Positions 13,290-26,119 of a DNA stretch of 64,000 nt are shown here, one piece after another. Within the stretch, counting starts at the first letter, position 1; every line of letters begins with the position of its first letter. The stretch is from Octopus sinensis (lineage: Eukaryota), in contig NC_043012.1 in NCBI RefSeq assembly GCF_006345805.1, positions 18,600,001-18,664,000 on the forward strand, in the 5' to 3' direction. Under the pieces are notes generated by a model that did not search any database, was not told the DNA's origin, and saw nothing but the letters and a program-made list of their open reading frames with translations. Position numbers and translations under genes: made by a program.

Positions 13290-14645
13290 TTCGGTAGTTT
13301 TTATTTTTATACGTGTTTTCACTTCACTACCGAGCGCAGCTCTGTGTGGCTTAGGTATGTGATTTTGTTTGTTGTGATGCTCTTATGGTTACTGCATTGA
13401 AAGTGCTTTGCGTATGATGTGTGCAGTACCAAGTAGTGCAATTTTCTGTAAGTCGTATATATTCGTAAGTCCTGGTGTTTTTGTTGTGTTTGTCTGAATA
13501 TTTTTTTATCATACCTAATGCACATTCGATGATAGGAATTGTTTCTGTTTTTAGATTTCACATTCGAGTTACTTCTATTTCTAGGTCTTTGTATCTTGAA
13601 AGTTCTCCATTTCTTTAGAGAAACGTTGCCATCTGCTGGTATTGATACACCACTTAGAAAGCCTTTTTTGTTCATTATCTCTGACAATTATATCTGGCCT
13701 ATTGGCCTTAATTTCTCTATCTGTGTGTATTGGCATATCCCAGAGTATTGGTTGCTTTCTCGATTTCTGAGACCTTTCCTGCTTGTTCTTATACCATCTT
13801 TTTTTCTGTTGTTATTCCATTGTGTTGGCATATATTCCAGTGTATTTAGGTCCCAATTTTGTCGTGTATGTGAATATATTCCTTCTTAGCGAGGACTGGG
13901 CTGCCAGATAATATGATTTATTGTTTCTTGTCCATCCCCACATAATCTGCAGTTACTTGTTATGTTTCTTTTCATTATATGTTTTTCGTAATGTCTGGTG
14001 GGGAGGCTTTGGTCTTGTGCTGCAATTAAAAATCCCTCCGTCTCTGCTTTGAGTCCTGAGCTTCTCAACTATTGCTGGGGTTTTTCTCTGTCTATTTCCT
14101 TTGCGTTTAATTTAGTCCACTATTTGCCATGAATGGGCTTTTCTTGCCATCGTTTTTATCATGGTCCTTTGCTGTTCTAGTTTTAGTTTGGTTTTCAATT
14201 GTTTTACAGCTTTTGTTGTTTCTTCTTCTTCATATTTGTTAGGTAGTATGATTTCTTGTTTATATTTGTAAGCTTCATTAAATGCTGAGAACACATTTTT
14301 GCTTTGCTCGTGTTTTGCGCCTATTTGTATCAGTTTTCCTTCCTTCTGAAGTAGGTATTTGCAGTCCTATGATGGTTATTTTATAATAGTTTCCAGCTGT
14401 ATAAGGCTTCTGCCACCTTCTATATGTTGTATATATAGCCTTTCTCTTCAGTCTTTCTATATAGAATTTGGGCGGAGCATCCTAGACCCTGTCATTTTTT
14501 TCATCTTTTCCTGTCTATTTTGGTTAGTTCATTTAGTGTCCAGTTAAGGATATTGTAGCTGTAACTTATAACTGGGACGGCTAAGGTGTTAATACATTCA
14601 TCTCGTTTTTAGCATTGAGCTCTGTTTTAAGTTTTGATCTAACTC
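13290..14645 (-). mobile_element. Dong/R4-clade LINE, 5'-truncated (CCHC knuckle, RLE endonuclease, 3' UTR)
   Basis: SGLKAETEGFLIAAQDQSLPTRHY...CRLCGDGQETINHII and SIPADGNVSLK. The 3' end abuts (TAA)n at 13270-13290. Confidence 0.88.
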
Positions 14646-15419
14646 GTCTATTGTATTCTTTCTTTATTTTCTCTTTCATTTGTGTGTGTTGTATTATTAT
14701 TATTATTATTAGTGTTATTTCTATTATTATATGTAATGCACAGATTGTAGAAAATATTTGCCTCTAATAATACTGGTGACATTCTCAGAATGTCCTTGTA
14801 TTCAGAGAGAAACTAATTTTTAAGGTGTTACATTAATTCAATTTATTCTTCAGATTGAAATTAATGAATGTTGAATACGATATTATTATTGCCTCGTGAT
14901 GCTATCTGAATATCAATGGGTGATAATGATAATTTTTCTGTTATTTAATGAAAATAATACCAACAAATACAATGAGAAGAAACATTTTTCGTATATCTCG
15001 TATACTTTTTCGAGATTGTTGTGTGCCATGATCGATTTTCACTTCAATTTATGAAGACAACAAAACGTAAATAAAATGACACTAGTAAAGAAAATATTTA
15101 GATAGATCACGTATCAGATGGAGTATTTAAATAAAATATTTTTCCTTTCTCTAAATTCCGCGTTTTTTGAATTCTAATGGGATGTTCATTATAAGGTTAA
15201 ACTGATTTATGTACACACACATACACACACACATACACGCACACACACATATCTATTTATTTTTCCCTCTTTTTTATGAGTAACGTAGAAACTAACAAAA
15301 TCGAACATATTTGTTGGTAATGGAGTAAGTTCAAAGAATTTGAAAGCAAAAGTCCCAATAGATGTATTAGTTTTTCTTTAAGAAACTTGTCGAAGTATAT
15401 ATCACCGTGGCATTTCCAC

Positions 15420-16000
15420 AATAGGATATAAATGGCCAAAAGTAATTCTTGCGATATTTAATCAAATTTCGCCTCTTTTGTAGTTTTTTGCTGTTGAGAT
15501 ATTTATTTTGAATTCTAATATTATTTATGGAAGAAAATGGTATAATAAATTACGTGGAAACTTTATTTTCCGTATAGCACAACCATTCTGTGAGATGTGT
15601 GTTGTGATAAGGGATTTTCCTTTTGCAGTTTATCATATATATATTTTTGATATAGATAGTCCATAGAGTATTTGAAAAATGATCTTGATTTTGTGAGGTG
15701 TTGTTCTGCCAATTTTGTTTCTGAAATAATAGGAATAAAGTGTAATATTATGTAGAGGATATTAATGTATCATTTTAAAACCTTCTTCCAAGTCCCTTCA
15801 CGTAATTGTAAATGTTAATAGCGTAATAGACAATATTTGGAGATGTGGCCCCTGTATAGCATTATTTGGCAACAATCCCGAACATTCCGGATTAAGATTT
15901 GCTTCAAATAAGTTATATTCTACAATCTGTATAACAGATATGCACCTCAGATGTTCCGGATCATCTAAATATATTACTGCATCTGTCCTGTCATTCCTAT
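15420..16000 (-). mobile_element. Decayed GIY-YIG C-terminus of a second PLE lineage
   Basis: Fragments across frames: SPNIVYYAI, LREGTWKK, SETKLAEQ, QKRRNLIKYRKNY. These resemble PLE endonuclease motifs NIVY.A, GLTEGTFK and LLNKRSEL..CRH.NK. Confidence 0.4.
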
Positions 16001-16411
16001 CATACAATTTAGAAACTCAAATAATCTTTTAGATATCAACGCAGCAATATTTGACAATGTTTATTTTGCGCAACTTTAAAATGTATGAAGGTGTACAAAT
16101 TAGATAAAATTAAACTGTGATTCTTATTTTATTGTCGGGTGTCCATGATTTATTAGAGAATTAATAGTAATTTGTCAGAAAATATGACACACTTTATGAT
16201 TTATTAGGAAATCTGACACACTTTGTAATATCTTAGGAAATTCAACATGCTAGAGTAAGTGAAGTAGGTAGTTTAATGATCACTTCTGTCAGAGAGATAT
16301 GACAGGGCATTACGTTATATATGCTATTATGTATGGCAATACTTTTCATTGGCGTTGTTCAGCGATATAAGTATATTTAAATATTTGTGTGTGGATGTGT
16401 ATATATGTACG

Positions 16412-16443
<32 letters not shown>

Positions 16444-17849
16444 GTGTGTCTGTGTGTGTGTGCGTGTGTGTGAGTGTGTGGGTGCGTGTGTGTTTGGGTG
16501 TGTGTGTGCGTGTAAAAAAGTTTTTGTATTTGTACATCCATGCATATGTACGTGGAAAATGTACACAGGTACACATATCCATGCACACAGATTACAGAAT
16601 ATATATATATGTATGTATGTACGTATGTATGAATGTAAGTATGTATTGCATACGCATTATTTATTCATCGTTTCTTCCGTAAGTAAAGCAATAATAACAA
16701 CCTTGTTTTAAACTCTTTTCTTAGTTTTTAAACTCATTTCTGTGAGAAGGAAACAACTATTATGATTACCTGTCGTCGAAAATTACTTTGATATCCTTCC
16801 CCACTGGTTACGTCTCACATTATATATATATTACACGTATATACATATACACGCATGCACTCACACACGCGCACGCACACTCTCACACATAAGCACTCAC
16901 ATACACCATACACATATATATTGGGAGAGATATAACTTGAGGGCTTAGACAATTCAAATTTCAGGGGAAAACGTCAGGTAGTTTTCTTCAGAAAACCATT
17001 GAATGCTAATAAATACAAATTAGTGACGTCTCTGCAAAATTATTATCCAGTTTTCTTTTTTTTATGTGATGGTCATCATTATGTAATGGTTATGAGTATC
17101 AGTCAATTACTGGTTATGCTGTTATGAGATATAATTAACCCCGTATTACTCAAGTACTCACGATAATGTTATGGGCTACACTTTTAGTTTGTGCGTTTGT
17201 GTAATAGTTAAAGTACATATTTTAACAGATTGCTTCCATCGGAGTACATCAATCAGTTAAACTACTTCTTCTTAAAATTTTCTCCCTAATTTACTAATTT
17301 GTCTTGCATATATGGAGGAAAATTATATAAAACAAAAATGGTACTCGGGAATTGATATTCATTCCTTAGGTATGCAGCAATTTATCAAAGTTATGTATTA
17401 AAACAATATTAATATTCGAAAACAAAAGGAATATACGTAGAATGTAACGATAAAACCACGATTTTCTTCCTTTTATGGCTAACTACTAGATAATTCACCT
17501 TCGTATTGGGATGTGCTCTATGTTCATAGTCCTTCTCGTTTCTTAGCCATAGTAATATTTATAATTTGTCATTCGCATCTAATTATACAAACTGCAATAT
17601 AAACACGCACACAGACTGAAATATACAGATGCATACATTGAGGCATATAAACCGATGTACAGAGATGCGATTAATTCCTCAGGCATATGATCGTCACATC
17701 GCGTTAGAAATCATAGATTTTAATGGGAACATAAATATTCTATTTTCAAAACTCATAAAATTATAACTATCGTATTAATTCGGATGAACCTTAGGGCTAG
17801 AAGGTAATGGTTGTTGGTGTATATAATATAAATATATTATGCACGTATT

Positions 17850-18250
17850 ATTGCTGGATTTTATAACATTACCACTTATCCAGGTTGAATGAGTAAAAGT
17901 ATGTGGATTAAAGTAAATCTATCTGTATATACATAGAAAGAATCTTGTACATCGATTTACGGTCTCAGAACTGAATTCCTGCACCAGTAGTCTCTGCAAC
18001 AGGGAAACTTCACAACTCCCATCAGCAAAAGCATTCCGATTTGTGCTTTTATGGTCTCCGAAGATGTAATGAAATTAACATCCCCCTGTTCACAAACATA
18101 CCCTGTAGTGTCATCGTTTATCCTAACAAACATTTATTCAGGATAAAATGTTGAAAGAAATACTCGAGCTTTGTTTCTAAGTGCAAATAGTTTATAGTGC
18201 ACACGCCAGTAACGAAAGCATCGATGCATTGATCTACAACCTGATCACTC
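17850..18250 (-). mobile_element. piggyBac transposase remnant (DDE_Tnp_1_7 N-terminal part)
   Basis: KLEYFFQHF / YPE*MFVRINDDTTGYVCEQGDVNFITSSETIKAQIGMLLLMGVVKFPCCRDYW...DRFTLI matches the piggyBac pattern EIKAFIGILLLMG.VKLP..RDYW. Confidence 0.75.
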
Positions 18251-20038
18251 TTGTTCCGTGTGAACTTCGTTATCGGTAATCGAAGAATTCTGCTATGAAT
18301 TCCTGTTAGAAGCTCTTACATCGCTGATGTGTACACATGCCAACGAAGTATCTCTTTAATTCCAAGCAATTATTCTTGATTTACATCGTTATTAATATCA
18401 CCAACTTATCTCACGTGCAATGATGTGATACTCGCCATAATAGGCAGAATTCAAGGCCACAATAATTAGATGAGTTTCAATAAATAAAAATTGAAATATA
18501 TACATATTTGATATGAACAGGAAGCCTTTCGAGAGAAGTGCTGTTGTTATCGGGGTCTAACTATCGTTTCTCACATAGAACGTCCAAAATATTTGGTCCC
18601 ACATAATGATGTAGAAGTATATGAATGCATAAAGAGCTATTTCTCTGAAAGACGTATCGACTAGTAAGTTGTGCCACGTGATGAATTCGATGTATTGAAA
18701 TATCTATATATGGTGTAGTATACACAGGTGCTAATCAAACTATTAATTTCAGCGCTCCTGGGATACACTTGTAGACTAGTGCTTAGATTAAAGGTTTTGA
18801 GCTAGAGATATATGCCATCTAGAGTGGGATTTCCGATACTGGTTCGACATGCTACGATTAGGAACTAATTCTCATATAATCAAGGTTTATCTCTTGGAAA
18901 GCTTATGATTATTCGATAATAGTAATATGGTTAGGATTATAATATTCCCGAATAATGTAACACCAAAATCACCGATATAATGCCAGTTAAATGATGTCTC
19001 TTAAGTCAGGACCTGCTTGGATTGAAGCAATACCCACAAGAAAATGAAAACGCCTGCGACAAAATATTAAAAAAGTTAACATACTTACTGAAAAAGTATT
19101 ATAATAAATAGGAGTAGTCTGCTCGAAGACACCGAATATATAATTAATCGGTTCTTAAGGGAAAGAACTAAATCTACTCAGATTTTATATGGACCCGATA
19201 AATAGTGAAAACAACTTAAGTATCTTAAGGAATTTACTGCATAACTATTTCTCCATCATTACATTTGTTATTGGTCCAGTTATCTTTGCCCATTAATTAA
19301 TGTATTCAATATCTAGTACCATCAATGTCTTACGCATGAAGAAATCTCGTTCTTCAAACATTGATAGAGAACATATAATTAGATTTAAGTTTATCGCAAA
19401 CACGTTTATTTTGAAACTACTCTTTTCGTCGATAAGCTTCCATAAATTATCTCTTATTTAAACAAATATGTGACCACTTTGAAGAGCTGAATTTAAGGAG
19501 ACTTTGTAGTCAAGAGAGCTATCGGTAATTACGTATGAATGAACATAAGTATGTAAATATCTTCCAATGCAAAGAAAATAATTAGCAACGCTGTTAGCTG
19601 ACGCATTTTGCATTGTAAATCATTAATGTGTTTAAGAAATCGAAAGTACAGATATGGTAAGAATGCTTTCTCTTTTCCACCGATAGTTCTCCTCGGGGAA
19701 TAACATTTGTTAATATTTTAATCATAAAATAGGATTTTGCTTTCTAAGGTTTCACAATCAGATTTCGTTTTCAATTACTACACAACAAAATACAAATAAG
19801 ATTATTTAATAAAACAGAAAAAAGGTAATATCTTTATGTTTATGGTTCTTGTTAGAACTCAGACAACAAAAACTACTGTAGCTGAGAAACAAAACCATAT
19901 TTTCGTCCCAAGGCGCAGGGGAACTACATAAACTTCTATATTTTATGACCTCACAAACGAAAAGTATGTATGTATCACGTTATCTCTCTCTTTCATTCTA
20001 CCTCTGTGTGTATGTATGTATATATATATATATATAAT

Positions 20039-20072
<34 letters not shown>

Positions 20073-20105
20073 CATATATACATATATATATATATACATA
20101 TATTT

Positions 20106-20174
<69 letters not shown>

Positions 20175-20469
20175 ATACATACACACAACAAACAGACACA
20201 CACACATATATTTGTTTACGGTGAAAAGGTCAGATAGCAGGCGAAGTAGTGTTCCGAGCCTAATTCCTTACGGGATTCAGTTACACCTTTTTATTAGATG
20301 ACGTTGAATTATAGCCTGATAATAAAACTTAGAAACAAAAATTTCTAGTATTTGTGAGAAGAGACTGTTGATGTGCGCATTTCTGTAAACATTTTTGTAA
20401 TAAGTAATTTGTAATTATAGATAATATGGTTAAATATTTTCTGAATGACACTGTACGCTATGTTTAATA

Positions 20470-20666
20470 TTTATCATAGCTAAGGCGTGGCCAGAAGTCT
20501 GTTTCCAAGCCGTATGGTTTCTGGTTCAGTCTCACTGCATGTCATCTTCTACAAGTTTCTTCCACTGTAATATTGGGCCGACCGATGTCGTGTGACATGA
20601 TTTGGTTAGATGGAAATTACAAGAAGCATGTAACACACACACACACGCACGCACAAACACAAACAC

Positions 20667-20697
<31 letters not shown>

Positions 20698-20850
20698 CTT
20701 GTCTGCATTTGTTCCTTACAAATGCTTGACAGCCGGTGTTGGTGTAATTCAGTTTTCGTAAATTCACGAATCGGCAAAAGAACTGATAGGATAAATACCA
20801 TGGTTTAAAGAAAGAACTGCCGATGTCGATTCATGTGGCTAAAATTCTTA
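20470..20850 (+). mobile_element. Decayed SINE family A
   Basis: ggttcagtctcactgc...gggccgacc...gatttggttagatggaaatt, internal CA/TG tract, ttgacagccggtgttggtgt. Confidence 0.7.
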
Positions 20851-23269
20851 AGTGACAAAAAAGTAAACGCCAATAGATCGTTCTTTTTAAATACATTGGC
20901 ATTCTCTATTTTAGCGAAATAATGTAGACATATTATTTTTTACCGAAAAAGTATCCGAATAGCTCACTATATCGTTTGTCTTGTATATCATACATTTTAC
21001 ATCTTACATAGTAAAACACCATTCCCGTAGTTTAGATTGTCCAAGGGTATGAAATAATTTTCTTTGCGTGATAGTTTAGTTTGGTGATACGGCAGAATTG
21101 TAGATATAATCGTGTTTGTAGTGAATACTAGAGAAACCTTTTGACGATTTCCTTTTTAGCTTTACGTCTAAATGTCTTTAAGACATACAGCAAATGTTTG
21201 TTTCGAATACATATATGAATATTTGACTAATGTTACCTCATAATTAAATTATGACAATATATTCTGAATGCATTCGCCGAAAGTGATAAGATAAAATGTT
21301 GTGGCATGTGGAATATAAAGTGCACTTTATAGAAGAAATATGTATTCAAAAGTGTATATTCACTTTCCAAGTTATTTTATTGTCAGTGCTACATTCTAGT
21401 CTCAATAATAATACACGTCGACGAAAGGACTAGGGATATATCATAACTGTGATGCTTAGAATATTGGTAGAGTCGGTTCGTTTACGTACCTTCCATGATA
21501 TAAAACTCTTTACACATGATCCATGTGATTAAGAATTAAAACAACATACCAGCTGGATATATAGTGGCCACTTTGTCTTTGATAAATCACGGAAAATTTC
21601 GAAATGTGTATGCAGTTTTGCTATTGTCTCATAGATAATGATGTTATTAATTTTTAAGCATTTTTTCAATGAAAATGCATGTTTCTGATCGCAACATTTA
21701 ATACTTATGTAAATCAGCATTATATCTGTAAATGTTAATGACAGTAAATAGATCTTCCCCTTTTGTTGACATACAGCTGTCTAATATTTGCCATTAGATA
21801 TCCCTTAAGTAAACATCCGCTTTGTTAAATAGGTTTGAATTGATTCTTTATCATATACAATTACAGCATTAAAGCAAATTATTAATTTGGTCTTGATGTA
21901 TATTGTACTGTGTTTATTAAATGTCATTTGCGGAAAAAAATGTATTAATACTTAAGTTTCAGTTGGAAGCATAACGAACCTCTAATATACGCTAACTGTT
22001 TCTGAAGAACGCTTCAAATTTTTAGGTGAGTGCTGCAAGGATGTTAGATTTTAGTAAAGTGTTTGACTTAATGTTCCTTTGAAACACTTTCCGCTATAAA
22101 ATACTGGATTCGATGACACCATTTTCATAACGTCAATTAACAAATTGACGCTCTCAGCCGTATATAACTACTGTAAGAAGAAGTGCAGTTGTCAAAGATA
22201 TTAATTAAATCCTCTGTATAAATAGATTTCGAAATACCTCCGAGCTGTAACTAATGCAAGTTAATTTAAAATTTAAGAATGCGGTCGTGATAAATCAGCA
22301 TGATAATGATGAGTCAAGTTTCAATTTCGATTCCATGGTTTCGGTGCTTTAATTTAAACATATGAATATCTCGATGCCACAGATGTCTGATTTTCAGAAA
22401 TCATTATATGTTAGAAATAAGTGCTTCTTGTATTTAATTCATGGATTTCAAGTTTTTGTAGAAATCACTCAACCCTAACCCTAACCCCATAAATTCATAT
22501 ATATGAACGTTAGTGATTTTGTTTTATTTCGGAATGGTCATTTTTTTCTTGCCAAATAAACGCACGTACTATACATTCGTTCTTCACTTCGAATTTATTA
22601 TTGATTTTGTTTTATGTCCATCATCTGGGAATCCTTCCACACACAATCTATCACCTCAACCTATGAAGAGATCACAAGATGTGTGTCGAAATATTTCCAA
22701 ACTCCCGGCATAAATTTAGAACTATGATAAACAAGGGTAGATCGAATATGTAGTGGCACCATAAATTATCACCACGAAATGTAACAATATCTATTTCAAT
22801 TCACGATTTTACATCAAGAATATTCATAGTAATTACATAAACGTAATATTAATGTTGAATTTCTCGGTAATTCATAACTTTACGAAAATACTGTCTATAT
22901 AACCGCTAAAAAGAACTCCAAATACAATGAAAGGGTTTAAATTTTATCGATAATTCTTGCTATGGAATGACTGCAATGTTTTCCGGAAATTACCCTCAAG
23001 CTTATTTCGTAAACACATATTAGCCTTCTAATTACATACGGCGAATGCAGCGATCTTACACTCTCTTAGAGTAACGTGATACTTTTGGCGTGCCTTGGAG
23101 GTTCGTATATTATTTTCCCGGAGACAGTGCCCTATCTTTAAATTATGATACAAGATCTATCATTGTAATAATTTAGTGCAATATTAACTTAAGTTATAAT
23201 TACTGTAACCGACATTTATTTCAATATGACACATTCACACTCACATCGCTACTAAAGCAGTAAATGTTA

Positions 23270-23270
23270 T

Positions 23271-23326
<56 letters not shown>

Positions 23327-23545
23327 GCGGCTGCTGCTGCTATCACTACTGCTGCTACTACTACTACTACTATTGCTGCTGCTGCTAATATTACTACTGT
23401 CACTGTCACTGCTGCTACTACTACTATTTCTGCTACTGTAATTGCTGCTACTACTACTACTGCTACTGCTATTGCTGCTGCTGCCGCCGCTGCAACTAGT
23501 AGGGATGATGCGGATGATGATGATGATAATGACGATCGATAAGAA
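23270..23545. repeat. Compound trinucleotide array (TAC/TGC/GAT)
   Basis: Directly visible. Source of the spurious poly-T/A/S/V ORFs. Confidence 0.95.
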
Positions 23546-23870
23546 GATGAAGAAAAATAATGAGAACAACAGCAACATAATAATGATAACTAACTGACCC
23601 TGTGGGTATACTATAGTTTAATTACAAACAACGTTGAAGTATTGAAGATCAATATGGAATCTTAAATGTTTCATTAATAAATTACAAGTGATACACACAA
23701 ACAATATAGAGATTTTACGTAATTACATATATACAAAATATAATGAATATATTTAACGAATGACTGAAACTATGGAAACAGAATGTTTTGCTCACACATA
23801 TTATTTAGAGAGAAAAAAAAACATGTACTTCGGTGACTTATATATATCTGTGTCTATAAAGATTTATTTA

Positions 23871-23946
<76 letters not shown>

Positions 23947-23974
23947 ATTTACAAAAAAAAAAAAAAAGAAAAGA

Positions 23975-24105
23975 GGAGGAAGGGTGTGTAAACAACAAAC
24001 AGACGTATTAGTTTACGGGTCGGGGAGTGAGAAAGTCTTATAAGTTTGGAGCATACGCTCTCCGAAAGAAAGGAACAGAAAAATAAACATATATATAGTA
24101 TATAT
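23975..24105 (-). mobile_element. PLE terminal remnant (family of 1994-2195), decayed hammerhead-like motif
   Basis: Minus strand shows the hairpin GAGC GTAT GCTC followed by CAAA. Shares caaacagacgtattagttta with the 2.0 kb and 59.7 kb copies. Confidence 0.5.
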
Positions 24106-24139
24106 ATATATATGTATGTATAAAATAATATAAAAATTT

Positions 24140-24450
24140 TATTAGAGACAAAACCACTATTTTGCAAAACAAACAAGGACAGACTTAATCAATACATAGT
24201 CAGTTTCAACTGACTTGTAAATTGGAAGTCCACCTGAAGATTGTCGATCAAGACAAGAAACCATTGTAGTGGCGGTTTTTTTGACTATTTATTAAAATTT
24301 TATGTATTGATTAAGTCTTTCCTTGTTTGTTTTGCAAAATAGTGGTTTTGTCTCTAATAATATTTTATAATATTTTACTATAAAATTGGATTTAATCCTA
24401 AATCTGATTTTTTTCCCTGTAAATTTGGATTTATTCCCTAATATTTATTA
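24140..24450 (+). mobile_element. Solo PLE pseudo-LTR with a 59 bp inverted duplication
   Basis: Arms 24140-24198 and 24301-24359 are reverse complements with 1 mismatch and enclose a hammerhead motif. Confidence 0.7.
24230..24272 (+). ncRNA. Type I hammerhead ribozyme motif
   Basis: Stem I CCAC/GTGG; core CTGAAGA; stem II TTGTC-gatcaa-GACAA; GAAA; stem III region ACCATTGT (imperfect palindrome); GUA cleavage triplet, predicted cut after 24268. Confidence 0.75.
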
Positions 24451-24457
24451 TTATATG

Positions 24458-24513
<56 letters not shown>

Positions 24514-25205
24514 ACACGATCGTTTCAGCACACGATCTCAGATCAAATTACTTGCTATGCGAGTACATCTCCGTAAATATATATATATATATATGATGAT
24601 TTCATTTGAATGAAACAGTTCTAGTCCTGTAGAGGCTCCTTCTATAAAATAAATTAATTTACTCTGCTATGTATTGAGTACCTTATTTACTGTGGTTAAC
24701 CCCGACTCAACCCGGGACCTACATATATATATATATATATATTAGAAAAATTGAGGTAATCAGATCAGATGGTTCATATTTGTAGATATTTATTTATATA
24801 TTACATTTTTTACATATATATCATATCATTCGGATTAGCGCTTGCTCCCATTCTAGTGGGTTTTCAAATCAAATCAGTTGTGGGTAGTTTGAACCTTTTT
24901 ATAGTTTCGTAGTAGTGGGTGAGGAGGAAGTGAGACAGAGAGAAAATATGTGTGTATGTGTGTGTGTGTGTGTGTGTGTGCGTGTGTGTGTGTGTGTGTG
25001 CGCATTTATATCTGAGAGTGAAGAAGTGTTATTTCCGTTGGTCTGCTGGACCCCCTGTGGTTTTATAAGAACTTTGGCCGTCCATTTCAATGTCACTGAG
25101 TGTGTGTTGTGCATAGGTTGGCCTGGCAAATGTCATTTGGGATCACACTTTCTATGATCATTCTGTGGAGGTGTGTGTGTGTGTGTCTCTGTGTGTCTGT
25201 GTGTG

Positions 25206-25245
<40 letters not shown>

Positions 25246-25753
25246 TGTGTGTGTGTGTGTGTCTGTGTGTTTGGAGAAGGGGAGAGAGACAAAAAGAGAA
25301 AAGGGAAAATAAAAATAATAATAATAATAAAAATAAAAAATAAAAAAATAAAAAAAATAAAAATAAAAATAAAATAAAAACAAAAAAATAAAATAAAATA
25401 AAATAAAATAAAAATAAAATAAAAATATAAAGAATAAAAAATAAAAAAATAAAAATAAAAATAAGGGAGGAAGTGGAGAAGAAAAAATATTTTTGTGTGT
25501 TGATATTTATACCAACACATATATATACACACACACAGACTTATACATAAAATATTTGAAAAAACCTTTTTATCGGTTCAAAATGAACAACCAAATTATA
25601 CCATCTTGAAAGTTGTATGTCATAGGAAAGTTAAAACTAAAGTGACAATTAAAGGGTAAAGATGGAAGTGAATTATAATATGATGTATATAACAGGCAAT
25701 ACACACATCTACACACACACAGATTTTTCCTTCAATGTATGTTGAGTAAAGTT

Positions 25754-26119
25754 TCAGCCATTTAATTTGGGGGAGAACTTAGCTATGAAATGTTTTTCCA
25801 TATTCCTCCTGAAGGGGGTGTCATTCTTCGGACACTTGTAGAAGGGAAATATCTTAAATTTTCCTTCTCCACATGTAGCTAGGTGTGTGCTTAGTGGTAT
25901 TTTGCGTAGTTCTTCCTGCCGAATATGTTGTCGGTGGATCCTGGCTCGCTGGCACAAAGAATTACCAGTTTCTCCTACGTAATTCTCCTTGCATGTGGGG
26001 CAGGTTATGCAGTATATGACGTTCTGCGTCTTGCAGTTCATATCTGCATTTACTTTGAATATGACACCATTTTTAAATCTTATCTCTCTGTTGCTCTCTA
26101 TGTATTTGTAGGTGGGGTT
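25754..26119 (-). pseudogene. Inverted copy of the PLE GIY-YIG domain
   Basis: ORF 25754-26143 equals the C-terminal part of ORF 27351-27869. Inversion junction at 26119/26120. Confidence 0.9.

Noticed and set aside
16150-16250. ~29 bp imperfect tandem repeat x2-3 (aggaaat.tgacacacttt)
   Set aside because: A local duplication without unique spacers. Not CRISPR-like, and the context is eukaryotic.
16768-16812. Minus-strand donor-like site with open frame VGKDIKVIFDD
   Set aside because: No pyrimidine-rich acceptor, and too short to support an exon call.
22471-22487. (AACCCT)x3 telomere-like repeat
   Set aside because: Only about 3 units. Too short to indicate an interstitial telomere or a specific element.
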